The notes below the pieces were generated by a model that did not search any database, was not told the origin of the DNA, and worked only from the letters and a program-made list of their open reading frames with translations. Position numbers and translations under genes: made by a program. Shown piece by piece: positions 27,167 through 38,600 of a DNA stretch of 64,000 nucleotides (position 1 is the first letter of the stretch; every line of letters starts with the position of its first letter). The DNA lies in IMG/VR virus record IMGVR_UViG_3300040801_001224, positions 186,001 through 250,000 of that record. The stretch is one strand, 5' to 3'.

Positions 27167-30100
27167 AGAAATACTTGAAAACGCAGTACAAGAAGCAGTA
27201 AACCGCAACCACATGTATGTGACACTTGAACACTTACTGTGGGCCATGCTTAATGATAGTGAAATTAAAGACATTATTGTTAAGATGAAAGGCAACCCTG
27301 CCGCAATCCAGGCTGACGTCCAGTCATATTTGGATAACAATGCTAGTGAACTTGCTACGCCAGACGGTTCACCGGCCACGCCAAAAGAGACAACAGCACT
27401 TCGCAGAGTTTTCCAGAGAATGGGTGCTCATGCGGCTCTAACTAACCAAGAGCAAGATACTGTTGATGGCGGGATGTTGCTTGCCAGCATGTTACAAGAA
27501 TTAAACAGTCACGCAGTAATGTATTTAAATAAAAATGATGTTACACGTGATAAACTTGTGAAACTATTGCGTAAAGAATATGATACACAAAACCCACAAT
27601 CACATGGCGGAATGCCAGGTGAAAATCCTCCAGTAACAGCACAAGATTTTGAGAAGTTTTGTTATAACCTAAACGAGCAATCCAAAGACGGTGACATCGA
27701 TCCTGTTATTGGGCGTGAAACAGAAATTAACAACACCATTGAAATTCTTGCTCGTAAGAAAAAGAACAACGTTATATATGTTGGTGATCCAGGTGTAGGC
27801 AAAACAGCACTTTCAGAAGGCCTAGCTAACATGATCGTAAATGATCAAGTACCAGAAGCACTAAAAGAGAAAGAAGTATACTCGTTAGACTTGGGTGCTA
27901 TGGTTGCAGGTACAAAATACCGTGGTGAATTTGAAGAACGCCTAAAGATGGTTATTGATGAGATAGAAAAGCGTGGTAACGTTATTTTATTCATTGATGA
28001 GATTCACATGTTAATGGGTGCTGGCGCAACGGGTGGCGGTTCAATGGATGCCGCTAACTTACTAAAGCCAGGGTTATCAAAGGGTAAGCTCTTATGTGTA
28101 GGCGCAACAACACATGATGAGTTCCACGAGCATATTGAGAAAGACAAAGCATTACTACGTCGATTTCAACGCATGGATATTGACGAACCAAGTGTAGAGA
28201 ACACAAAGCGTATTTTAAAAGGCCTAAAGCAATACTATGAAGAATTCCATGGTGTTACTTATGAAGATGAAGCACTTGATCTAGCAGTAGATCTAGCAGA
28301 CCGCTATATCAAATCAAAGTTCTTCCCAGACAAAGCCATTGATATTATGGATGCGGCAGGCGCAGTAGCTAAACTCACAAATGTCACAAACGTTGACAAC
28401 GAAGCAGTTAAAGCACAAGCGGCAAAACTAAGTAAAATGCCACTTGACATGATTGACATAAAAGTTAATGATTCTATTGAACATCTTGACAGTAAAGTAA
28501 AAGCAGAAGTTTACGGCCAGGATGAAGCAGTAGATAAAGTTACAGAAGCCATTATGGTTTCTAAAGCAGGGTTACGTGAACCTAACAAGCCAGTTGGTAG
28601 CTTCCTATTCGTAGGTCCTACTGGTACAGGTAAAGCCCAGCCGCTATATTCAAAAATCAAGACACCTACTGGTTGGACAACTATGGGTGAAATTAAAATT
28701 GGCGACAAAGTATCTACGCCAGACGGGAAAAGTGCAAACGTTATAGGCATTTTTCCGCAGGGTGAAAAAGATATATATGAGATAACATTTGCCGATGGGA
28801 GAAAGGCGCAATCTTGTAAAGAGCATATTTGGAAAGTATATAATAAGCATTGGCGACACAAATGGAAGAATATGACGCTCGAAGAGATTATGGAACTTTC
28901 AGAAGGTGTCAGAAAAGAATTGTATATTCCCCTTATTTTTAATGATAATGCTCCTGATGCTGATTTGCCGCTACCGGCATACTTCATGGGCGTTATGTTA
29001 GGAGATGGTTGCCTAATAAACAATAATTTTTCTACCGCAGATGAGGAAATTGTCGAATACATAAAAGAAAATTTACACGAAGGGTATGACGTTAATCGTA
29101 GAAATAAATATGACTATGCTATTACTTCTACAAAGACTAAAGCTGAAATTCAGTCGTTAAATAGCAGACAGATTCCGTGGAATCATTATGTCGAAATATT
29201 TAAAGATTTAGATTTACGTGGAAAGCGATCGCATGAAAAATTTATTCCCGAAATTTACAAAAATGGGTCGGTATCGCAAAGAATACAGCTTATTCAAGGC
29301 CTTATGGATACTGATGGCGAAGTTGACAAAAAGACAGGATCGCTGTCATATACTACTGTGAGCGAACAATTATGTGATGACTTTGTTGAAATTGTTCGCT
29401 CTATTGGGGGCATAGCTAAGGTAAGAACTAAAATCCCAACGTACACATACAATGGAGAAAAACGCCAAGGAAAATTGGCATATACAGTTCGGATCAGGTA
29501 TCCAGAACCAAGAAAATTAGTGTCTTTATCTAGAAAAGTGAATAGAACTCCTGAAAATTATCAGTATAAAGATTTGAAACTTCGTATAGAAACTATAGCG
29601 AAGGTAACCCCTGCAGAAGCACAGTGTATTATGATTGACCATGTAGACCATTTGTATATCACAGATGAGTATGTTGTTACGCACAACACATACCTATGTA
29701 AAAAATTAGCAGAACATACGGGTGCTAAGTTATTGAGATACGACATGAGTGAGTACCAGGAAAAACACACCGTGTCAAAGTTAATCGGTGCGCCCCCAGG
29801 TTATGTTGGTCATGGCGAGGGCAAAAATGGCGAAGGGCAACTTATTCAAGAAGTCGAAGCCAATCCTAACTGTATATTGCTACTCGACGAAGTTGAAAAA
29901 GCGGCAAGTGAAGTAACTACTATCCTACTACAAGTAATGGATGACGGCAGGCTTACATCGAGCAAGGGTAAGACCGTAGACTTCACAAATGTGACGCTTA
30001 TACTGACCTCGAACCTGGGTGCCGCCGATTCTGAACGCAAGCGTATTGGCTTTGGTGATCAAGCAAATACAATGGCATATGATGAAGCACTTAAAAAGCA

Positions 30101-30485
30101 CTTCACGCCAGAGTTCCGTAACCGTTTAGACGCAGTAGTACAGTTTAACAAACTTGAGGATCGTGAGATTAAGATGATTGTTAACGCTGAACTAAGCGAT
30201 TTACAGAATACTATCTTGGAACAACATATCACAATGTCTTACACGCCTAAGGCACGTACAATGTTGGCAAGAGAAGGCTTTGATGAGCTGATGGGCGCAA
30301 GACCTCTGAAACGTCTTATCCAGGATAAGATTAAAAAGCCTTTGAGTAAGGAAATACTGTTCAGTGATTTGGGACAGCATGGCGGAATTGTTAAAGTTGA
30401 TTATGTCAATGATGACTTTGTTCTGCAAGTGGCAAAGATAAATCCACCACCAGCAGAACCAACGGTCGCTAACGCTGAAGCCTAG
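27150..30485 (+). CDS. clpA: ClpA-type AAA+ unfoldase with an intein in the NBD2 Walker A motif
   Basis: NBD1 GDPGVGKT/FIDEIH; NBD2 GPTGTGK|T, LLDEVEK; ClpP-docking IGF loop; no ClpB M-domain. Confidence 0.93.
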   Translation: MNQEIKEILENAVQEAVNRNHMYVTLEHLLWAMLNDSEIKDIIVKMKGNPAAIQADVQSYLDNNASELATPDGSPATPKETTALRRVFQRMGAHAALTNQEQDTVDGGMLLASMLQELNSHAVMYLNKNDVTRDKLVKLLRKEYDTQNPQSHGGMPGENPPVTAQDFEKFCYNLNEQSKDGDIDPVIGRETEINNTIEILARKKKNNVIYVGDPGVGKTALSEGLANMIVNDQVPEALKEKEVYSLDLGAMVAGTKYRGEFEERLKMVIDEIEKRGNVILFIDEIHMLMGAGATGGGSMDAANLLKPGLSKGKLLCVGATTHDEFHEHIEKDKALLRRFQRMDIDEPSVENTKRILKGLKQYYEEFHGVTYEDEALDLAVDLADRYIKSKFFPDKAIDIMDAAGAVAKLTNVTNVDNEAVKAQAAKLSKMPLDMIDIKVNDSIEHLDSKVKAEVYGQDEAVDKVTEAIMVSKAGLREPNKPVGSFLFVGPTGTGKAQPLYSKIKTPTGWTTMGEIKIGDKVSTPDGKSANVIGIFPQGEKDIYEITFADGRKAQSCKEHIWKVYNKHWRHKWKNMTLEEIMELSEGVRKELYIPLIFNDNAPDADLPLPAYFMGVMLGDGCLINNNFSTADEEIVEYIKENLHEGYDVNRRNKYDYAITSTKTKAEIQSLNSRQIPWNHYVEIFKDLDLRGKRSHEKFIPEIYKNGSVSQRIQLIQGLMDTDGEVDKKTGSLSYTTVSEQLCDDFVEIVRSIGGIAKVRTKIPTYTYNGEKRQGKLAYTVRIRYPEPRKLVSLSRKVNRTPENYQYKDLKLRIETIAKVTPAEAQCIMIDHVDHLYITDEYVVTHNTYLCKKLAEHTGAKLLRYDMSEYQEKHTVSKLIGAPPGYVGHGEGKNGEGQLIQEVEANPNCILLLDEVEKAASEVTTILLQVMDDGRLTSSKGKTVDFTNVTLILTSNLGAADSERKRIGFGDQANTMAYDEALKKHFTPEFRNRLDAVVQFNKLEDREIKMIVNAELSDLQNTILEQHITMSYTPKARTMLAREGFDELMGARPLKRLIQDKIKKPLSKEILFSDLGQHGGIVKVDYVNDDFVLQVAKINPPPAEPTVANAEA
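28635..29687 (+). mobile_element. 351-aa class-3 type intein with LAGLIDADG homing endonuclease
   Basis: Starts AQPL, ends VVTHN before +1 Thr; W (HIW), C (AQCI) and T (VTHN) triplet; LGDG and LMDTDG motifs. Confidence 0.9.
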
Positions 30486-31039
30486 TATCCTAGGCCTGAG
30501 AAAGTACCATGTTTGTTAATCGTCAGCACTTGCTGGCGATTTTCATCATGCTGTGTGTAACTGACATGAACCCAGCCCATATTAGGATCACCGTCTGGAT
30601 TCTTTTCTTCATCATCTGGATCATACCAGAATTCTAGAATAAGTTGATCAAATACTAGGTTATCCTTTATCCACTCAGCTAGTTCATAGTTACTGACACC
30701 ATAAATTTCAATGTCTGCCGCTTCACCCTTTGTGTGCTGTGAACGATCACTTGATCCTAATTTACGGTTTAACTCTAAACAACGAAACCCTGAGTTAACG
30801 TTTACTGAGCGTCCGAAGTGATCACGAACTGGCTGTAATACGTTTTCTGCAAGTGCTATCATGTTATCGACTTCATCCTCATAAGGTGTGTTGTCGATGC
30901 CATGTCTCGCCGCTGTCTGACTCTTAAGCATTTCGCCTAATGTAAAATTTGCTGATAATCTCATAGTTCTATCAATCTCCTTTGTGTGTATTTCAGGCTG
31001 AAATAAGCCTTTGAGTAATTTTCTTAAAAATTCTATCAT
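30482..31039 (-). CDS. Peptidase M15 endolysin (Zn D-Ala-D-Ala/L-Ala-D-Glu peptidase fold)
   Basis: LSANFTLGE, VNSGFRC, SQHTKGEAAD, WVHVS; late box on minus strand at 31044-31051. Confidence 0.9.
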   Translation of the reverse strand: MIEFLRKLLKGLFQPEIHTKEIDRTMRLSANFTLGEMLKSQTAARHGIDNTPYEDEVDNMIALAENVLQPVRDHFGRSVNVNSGFRCLELNRKLGSSDRSQHTKGEAADIEIYGVSNYELAEWIKDNLVFDQLILEFWYDPDDEEKNPDGDPNMGWVHVSYTQHDENRQQVLTINKHGTFSGLGY

Positions 31040-31116
31040 ATTGTATTTATCGTAGTTTTTATATAAATCGTAAATAGCAAAATAGTGATAAATAACATAA
31101 ATTAAGGAGTTTTTAC

Positions 31117-31551
31117 ATGTCTCGACGTTCGATCAAGATGATGACAAACACAACAGGTAAGATTGAAGAAGTTGGACCAGCAATTAGAGCTGACAGCTAC
31201 TTTGGATACACCGATGGTTTACATACAGTAGCCGTTCATGTGAATAATTTTACTGGGCGTTTTGTTCTACAAGGCACTCTTGCCCTAGAGCCAACAGAAA
31301 GCGATTGGTTTGACATCTATTTACAAGGCAACCCATGCGGTAATGAGCCATTCGTTCAATATCCAAAAGATCCAGCGAATCCTACTACTAGCGTTACATC
31401 AGGCTTTGTTGGTGACACAGGCGTTGATGCTTTCACATTCATAGGCAACTTTACGTTCCTACGTGCTAAGTTAGAACGTGAGTATTTAGGTGAAGTAGAC
31501 TATGGCAACAATACCCTTGGTGTTATTGATAAAGTATTATTAAGTTTATAG
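31117..31551 (+). CDS. Late structural protein candidate
   Basis: Late box at 31089, SD AAGGAG, first gene of the fibre operon. Confidence 0.7.
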   Translation: MSRRSIKMMTNTTGKIEEVGPAIRADSYFGYTDGLHTVAVHVNNFTGRFVLQGTLALEPTESDWFDIYLQGNPCGNEPFVQYPKDPANPTTSVTSGFVGDTGVDAFTFIGNFTFLRAKLEREYLGEVDYGNNTLGVIDKVLLSL

Positions 31552-31558
31552 GATAAAT

Positions 31559-32653
31559 ATGTATATTAGCGCACAAAATACAATACTAAATAAAGACGTG
31601 CCAAACTTTTGTTTTGAAGACTTAGGTGATGGGCAGGTTTTAACGTGGGATAAAGACAAAAGAGCTTTTGTCAACACAAACGTTATTGATCTTAACCTTG
31701 AAGTACCTTTAGGTGTTGATGATATACGTATATTTGAAGCATTTGGTAATGGTACGCAGAGTTTGTACCCTATTCCATGGCCAGCGATTAGCCCAGAATC
31801 CCTAATCATTACATTGGGTGGTGTTAAGCAGGAAAATGCGGCATATGACATTACGACATTTGAAACGTTTACCAATGTACAGTTCGCAGAGCCAATTCCA
31901 ACAGGATTAAAAATTGAGATTGTTGGTTTAATTGTTGAAGATGCGTCAAGCATTAAGTTTTTTGAAACACAGGGTGATGGATCATCATTCCAATACACAC
32001 TACCGTGGATTGCCCCTGGTAAAGAATCATTAATTGTCACTATTGAAGGCATTAAACAAGAACAAGCGGCATATGATATCACTGTAATAGGTAACGATAC
32101 ACTATTTACATTTAATGGTATCCCGCAGGTTACGGATACAATTGAAATTGTTGGTATTACTGGTAACTTTGGCACAACTAATTACGGCGTTGAAGCTGTA
32201 TTTGGCGCAAACTTAAGTCCATTGGGCGAAGGTGTGTTTGCCAGTGAGTCAGTAGCTGGTAAAGAGACAACATTAAACTTTAAGAATCTACTTCCAGGGT
32301 GGGGCATTGAATTATCAAGTGACGCCACTGGAATCACTATTGCCAAAACAGCAGATAGTGTGTCTTACACTGCTAATCCGGTTTATCCGTTAGTAGCAAC
32401 AGACGAAGTAAAAGTATTTGAAGCATCATCACCAGTATCATGTGTTGTTCCACTAAACAGCACAGTGGCGTTTCCAATAGGATACGAAATTGAAATCATA
32501 CAGCGTGGTACAGGCGTTGTAGTGATTACTGGTGATACTGGCGTGATAGTTGAATCACTTAACGGTGCCAACATAACTACTGGTCCTGGATCAGTAGCAA
32601 GGTTACGCAAAATTTATGATGATGTTTGGTCACTAAGTGGCGACATAATTTAA
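31559..32653 (+). CDS. Virion fibre-associated protein with duplicated beta domain
   Basis: Two Y.(L/I)PW.A...ESLI.T..G.KQE..AYDIT repeats; C-terminal AFPIGYEIEIIQRGTG fibre module. Confidence 0.7.
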   Translation: MYISAQNTILNKDVPNFCFEDLGDGQVLTWDKDKRAFVNTNVIDLNLEVPLGVDDIRIFEAFGNGTQSLYPIPWPAISPESLIITLGGVKQENAAYDITTFETFTNVQFAEPIPTGLKIEIVGLIVEDASSIKFFETQGDGSSFQYTLPWIAPGKESLIVTIEGIKQEQAAYDITVIGNDTLFTFNGIPQVTDTIEIVGITGNFGTTNYGVEAVFGANLSPLGEGVFASESVAGKETTLNFKNLLPGWGIELSSDATGITIAKTADSVSYTANPVYPLVATDEVKVFEASSPVSCVVPLNSTVAFPIGYEIEIIQRGTGVVVITGDTGVIVESLNGANITTGPGSVARLRKIYDDVWSLSGDII

Positions 32654-32667
32654 AAAGGAAAATAATA

Positions 32668-35600
32668 ATGGCATTAACAAGAGTTACTACAGGTGTAATT
32701 GAAACAAACACTATTTTAGGGCAAGACATTTCGGACGGAACAGTCAGCCTAGATAAATTGGACATTTCTGGCGCACAACCTGGCGACGCGATTGTATTCA
32801 CATCAGGCGGAGCATTAGCATACCAGCCAGTGAACTTGGATAACATTGGTGACGTATCAACTTCAGGTGCTGACATCGGTGACGCATTAGTATGGAATGG
32901 TACAGGTTGGGCTCCAGGCACTCCAGTTGGTGGTGGCTCAGGTGGTTCAGGTATTGACACTTTAGACGAGCTATTAGATGTATCATTAACACCATTGAGC
33001 GCAGGACAGTACCTAAAGTGGAATGGTAGTGTATGGACTAATGACGTTATTGATTATAGTGAAATTGCTAACACACCATTTATCCCATTGAACTTTGGTG
33101 ATTTGGGTGATGTAACATTAACAGGGCCTGTAGCGAATCAGGTAGCAGTATTTGACGGTACTAACTGGGTTAACCTAGCTGTAACTAAATCGTTAATAAG
33201 CGACTTCAATGACGCTGACTATGCCACACAAGCGCAGGGCGCATTGGCTGATACAGCACTACAGGGTGGCGAGAACATAAGCATTTTTGCTAACGATGCC
33301 GGCTACCTAACGGCAGGTACAGCAGTTGGCGCAATAGGATTAGAGCCAGTGGCATTAAGCGGTTCATATAATGACTTAACTGATGTTCCAACAGAGTTTA
33401 ATCCAACGGTACACGCCCATGTTAAAGCAGACATTACGGATTTTGACGATGCTGATTACGCAACATCAGCACAAGGTGCTCTAGCAGATACAGCACTACA
33501 AGGTGGCGAAAATATTAGTATATTTGCTAACGACGCCGGTTACTTAACATCAGCAACGGGCGGTGCTTCATTAGGTCTTGCTCCTGTAGCTACATCTGGT
33601 GATTATGCGGATTTAACAAACATTCCAAGCACATTTGCTCCGTCAGCACACACCCACGTTAAAGCACAGATTACAGACTTTAGCGATAGTGACTATGCGA
33701 CAGCGGCCCAAGGTGCTCTAGCAACTTCAGCAGTACAACCAGGTGATTTAAGTACAGTTGCTACAACAGGCGACTACAATGATTTAGCAAATATTCCAGC
33801 GACAGCTACGCCATCTGCTCATACACATACTAAGTCAGATATTACAGACTTTGATGACGCAGATTACGCTACAGCAATACAAGGGCTAAAGGCAGACACT
33901 GCTCTACAATCAGGTGATGTTGCTACATTAGCTTTAAGTGGACTATGGGGTGACATTATCGGTAAACCAACAACGTTTACACCAGATGCTCATACTCACT
34001 TAAAAGCAGATATTACAGATTTTAATGACGCTGACTACGCTTCAGCGGCACAGGGTGTTCTTGCTAATACAGCAGTTCAACCAGGTGAAAACATTAGCAT
34101 ATTTGCTAATGACGAAGGCTTCCTAAGCACAAACATCGCAGGATCACTACCAGGACAGTTTGTTTACTTTGATGGTACTGATTGGACTAACAAGACACTT
34201 GCTAAGTCAGACATTTCAAACTTCGATGACAGCGATTACGCAACATCAGCACAGGGTGTCCTAGCAACAACAGCCTTACAGCCAGGCGACAACGTAAGTG
34301 ATCTAGTTAATGATGCTGGTTACTTCAGTGACGTTGCCGTTAACACCGGGACATTATCATCAGGTGATGCTCTATTGTTTGACGGTACTATTTGGAGAAA
34401 CCGTCCAATTGAATTAGCTGATATCGTTGATTATGATGGCAATATTTATGCTACAGCGGCACAAGGTGCTCTGGCTGATAGCTCATTACAGCCAGGATCG
34501 GATGTTTCGGTCCTTACGAACAATGTTGGTTACTTAACAGGCGACAGTATTCTAAATGACTTATTAGACGTTATCGCTGTTACACCAGACGCTGGTGACG
34601 TACTACGGTGGGATGGCAGTGAGTGGGTTAACAGCCCAGATAGTATTGATACACTAACCCTAGACGACGTTACGGACGTTGATGTTAGTGGCGCAGTACC
34701 AGGACAGATACTAACGTTCGACGGCACAGGCTGGATTGCTTCAGGCGCTAATGGTGGCACTGGTGAAACTAACACAGCAAGCAACATTGGTCCAGGTGAA
34801 GGCATATTTGCTACTAAGACTGGTGTTGATTTAGAATTTAAGTCAATCCTAGCAGGTTCAGGCGTAAGTGTTACTGATTTTGGCAATAACCTAACACTAG
34901 CATTGGACGCAGGTTTAAGCAACTTAGATGACGTTGACACAAGTGGCGCAGTTGCTAACCAAATCCTACGTTTCAATGGTACTGAGTGGGTTGCTTCTAC
35001 AGAATCACCAACAGCAGGCGAGGCTAACACATTTAGTTCACGTCCAGGCACTGGTGAAGAAGTAATTGCCAGTAAAATTGGCGTGGACCTACAGTTCAAG
35101 AGATTACGTGCTTCAGGTAACATTGTGTTATCTTCAGATGGTAACGAAATTACTATTGGCACAGCATCTAACGTTGGTGAAGCAAATACAGCAAGTAACG
35201 TTGGCACAGGTGCTGGCCTATTCTTACAGAAAACTGGCACTGACTTAGAATTTAAGACATTACTAGCAGGTCCTAACGTTACATTAACGCAAGGCGCAAC
35301 AGAAGTACAGATTGAGTCATTTAACCCATTAGAAAGTGTGAGTAACTTACAGGAAGGTGATGGCTTAATTTACGAATCAGGTGCTTGGAACAATCGTCCA
35401 CTACTAAAAGCAGACATTAGCAACTTCAGTGATGCTGATTATGCGACAGCGGCACAAGGTGCTCTAGCTGATAGTGCGGCACAGCCAGGCGATAGCATTA
35501 GCATATTCGACAATGACACAGGTTACTTAACAGGTAGCTCAATCCTTAACGACTTACTAGATGTTGACGTTGATGGTAACCCTGACCCTCTAGTAGCAGG

Positions 35601-38600
35601 ACAAATCCTACGCTGGAACGGCGTACAGTGGGTTAACGACAACGAGTCTACTGACCTAACAGCAAGTAACTTGGGTGATGGTGAAGATGTATTCTTCCAG
35701 AAGAACGTTAATGACTTGGAATTTAGAACAATTAAAGCGGGTTCAGGCATTAACATCACTGTTAACGGCAACAATGCTCTAGAGATTGAATCTACAGCAT
35801 CAGGCGCAGGTGAAGCAAACACAGCAAGCAACCGTGGCGCAGGTGAAGGCGTGTTCTTCCAGAAGACAGGCGCAGATTTAGAATTTAAGTCATTAATTGC
35901 TGGCGCAAACATTACGCTATCAAGCGATGATGATGGCATTACTATTGAGTCAACAGGTGGTGGTAGTGCTTCAGAGCTGGATGACCTAACGGACGTTACA
36001 ATTGTTGGCACACCAGCGGCTAACAACGTATTATTCCACAATGGTTCAGTATGGCGTAACGGAACAATTTTGGAAGCAGGTTTAGCTACTGCGGCACAAG
36101 GCGCCCTAGCAGAATCGGCACTACAGAATATTAATTCAGAATCAATTACTGAACTATTAGACGTTGACACAACAGGCGCAACAACTAACGATGTATTAAC
36201 ATTTAATGGTACAAGTTGGGTGCCAGGCGCTCCTGCTACTGGCGGCATTGACTGGACTGTAGATCAGAATGGTTCAGCAGTAATTCACCCAGGCAACTAC
36301 ACCAATACTGATGCTTTTGCTGACTTAACTGATGTAGACTTAGGTGGAGGAGCTATTGCTCTAGCACCAGGCCAGATTCCAGTATACAATGGCATAAATT
36401 GGGTTAATACTGGCGGTGTTAGTTCTTTTGATGGTACTGCTACGTACTTAACATACAATACGCCAGCAGTTGGCGAAGTCCTAGTCACAGCAAGTGTGTC
36501 AGGAAGCAATGTTATAATGCAGAACCAAGCGTTCACATTAGAAAATTTAACTGATACAGACAACACTGGTACAGCGGCAGATGGCGAAGTACTAACGTGG
36601 ATTGCGGCAAACAACAAATGGGAACCACAAGCAGTAAGTGGCAACCAATTCCCTGACCCACTTGACGCTTACGAATATATCGTTGGTGGTGAGCAAGGTG
36701 GTGAAGATAATGGCTGGGATATCAGAGATGTTCGTGAACTGCCAAGAAGAAGGAAAGATTTCCAGGTATCACGTTCAGTAGAAGACACTGACATAAATGC
36801 TCTATTGATCGCAGAAGGCGCAGGTGCCAAAACATATACTCTGGACGAATTAAACTTCCCAGGTTTTGAAGGTACTGACTTTTACCAGATAACGATGCAC
36901 AACAGAGGTGTCGACCCAGTGACAATAACATCGGGTCTTAACGCAGAAGTAATTTCGCCAAATGGTCGAGCACCAGTATTGAATCAAGGTGAAACAGTTA
37001 CGATATCAAGAATTTCACTAGGCGGCTTTGATCGTTGGGTATTAGACTTCAGCACACAAACTATCAATGATCTAGTTGGCACTCAAAACTTATCAACGGC
37101 CGCAGATGGCCAAGTTATTGCTTGGAACCAGACTGCTGGTTTATGGGAGCCACAGACTGTGTCAGCTGGTGGCGGTGGTGTCACAGAATTAACGGCACTT
37201 AACGATACAATTGGCACAGCAGTAGCTAATGGTTTCCTACGTTGGAACGCAGGCGGAACAACCGTTGAGTACGTTTCAATTGTTAAAGCAGATATTACAG
37301 ATTTTAATGACGCTGACTATGCGACGGCCGCACAAGGTGCTCTAGCAGATACAGCACTACAGTCAGGCGCAAACATTAGCTTATTAACTAATGATGCCGG
37401 TTATCTAACAACAGCTATCCAACAGAATGATAACATTAGTCTGCTAACAAACGATGCTGGTTATATAACATCGGCACCGAGCGTTATTGATGACTTAGGT
37501 GATGTTGATACGACTTCAGTAGTTCCTAACAATGGTGAAGTACTAGGTTGGGACGGTTCTAATTGGGTACCAACAGCAGTATCATCAGGTGTTACAAACT
37601 TAACATGGAATCCTGCTACACAATCTGTGAACAGTGATACTGGTACGGACGCAGTTATTCCAAACGTACTTCCAGCAGGCACATCAGGCTTAATGAGTGG
37701 CGCTGACAAGACTAAGTTAGATAATATACAAGATGGTGCTGAAATAAACCAGAACGCATTCACAAGCGTAGCATTAACGGGCAACGTAACAGGTGACGCT
37801 AGTATAGACGCTGATGCGAAGACAGATACGCTAAATATAGTAGCAGGCACAAACGTAAGTATTGTGGGCGATGGTTCTACTGATACGATTACAATTAATG
37901 CGGCTCCAGGCGGTGGTGCTACAAACTTAAGTACTACTAATGTTACGGCAACTAACGTGGATGTAGCAAGTGACACTGGCACAGACGCAACTCTACCAGC
38001 AGTGACTACAACTACAGCAGGTCTAATGACAGCATCAGATAAGACTGCTCTAGATGGACTTGCAGGTGCAGAAGCTAACCAGAACGCATTCAGTAACTTT
38101 GCGTTAACTGGCAACACGGCAGGTGACACAACTATATCGGCAGACACGCCTACTGACAGTGTTACACTTGTTGGTGGCTCAAACGTCACACTAACAGGTA
38201 ACGCGGCCGGTGACCAGATCATAATTGATGCCGCAGGCGGTGGTGCTGGTGGTGGCGCACAGACTGAGGATCTAGTGGTACGCTATACTTCGGGCTCAGG
38301 CGGTACACTAAACGCAGGTGACGTAATTGTAAGTACAACATCAGGCATTAGTGCTACGGTTGTTGACGGTGCTAACTCAATTGTTGAGATATCATTCACT
38401 GGTTATAACTTACCGCCAGCAAGTATTGTGGCTTATGGTCAGAACTACTCAAGTAATGTTTGGTCTATTAAGGGCTTAGGTAGCTTAGTGGCAAGTGCGT
38501 CTCAAACAGTGAACGACACAGGCTCAGCGGCTAACCCAGATATACTGAATACTGGTGTAGCATGTCCACCAATACGTTTACAGATTAGAATGTCAGATAC

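Noticed and set aside
27150-30485. ClpB annotation
   Set aside because: The extra length is the intein; there is no middle coiled-coil domain and the IGF ClpP-docking loop is present.
33180-37400. Recurrent ~30-40 bp similar DNA segments resembling a CRISPR array or DGR template/variable repeats
   Set aside because: They are in-frame protein repeats with synonymous divergence and irregular spacing; no cas or reverse transcriptase gene and no adenine-specific mismatch pattern evident.
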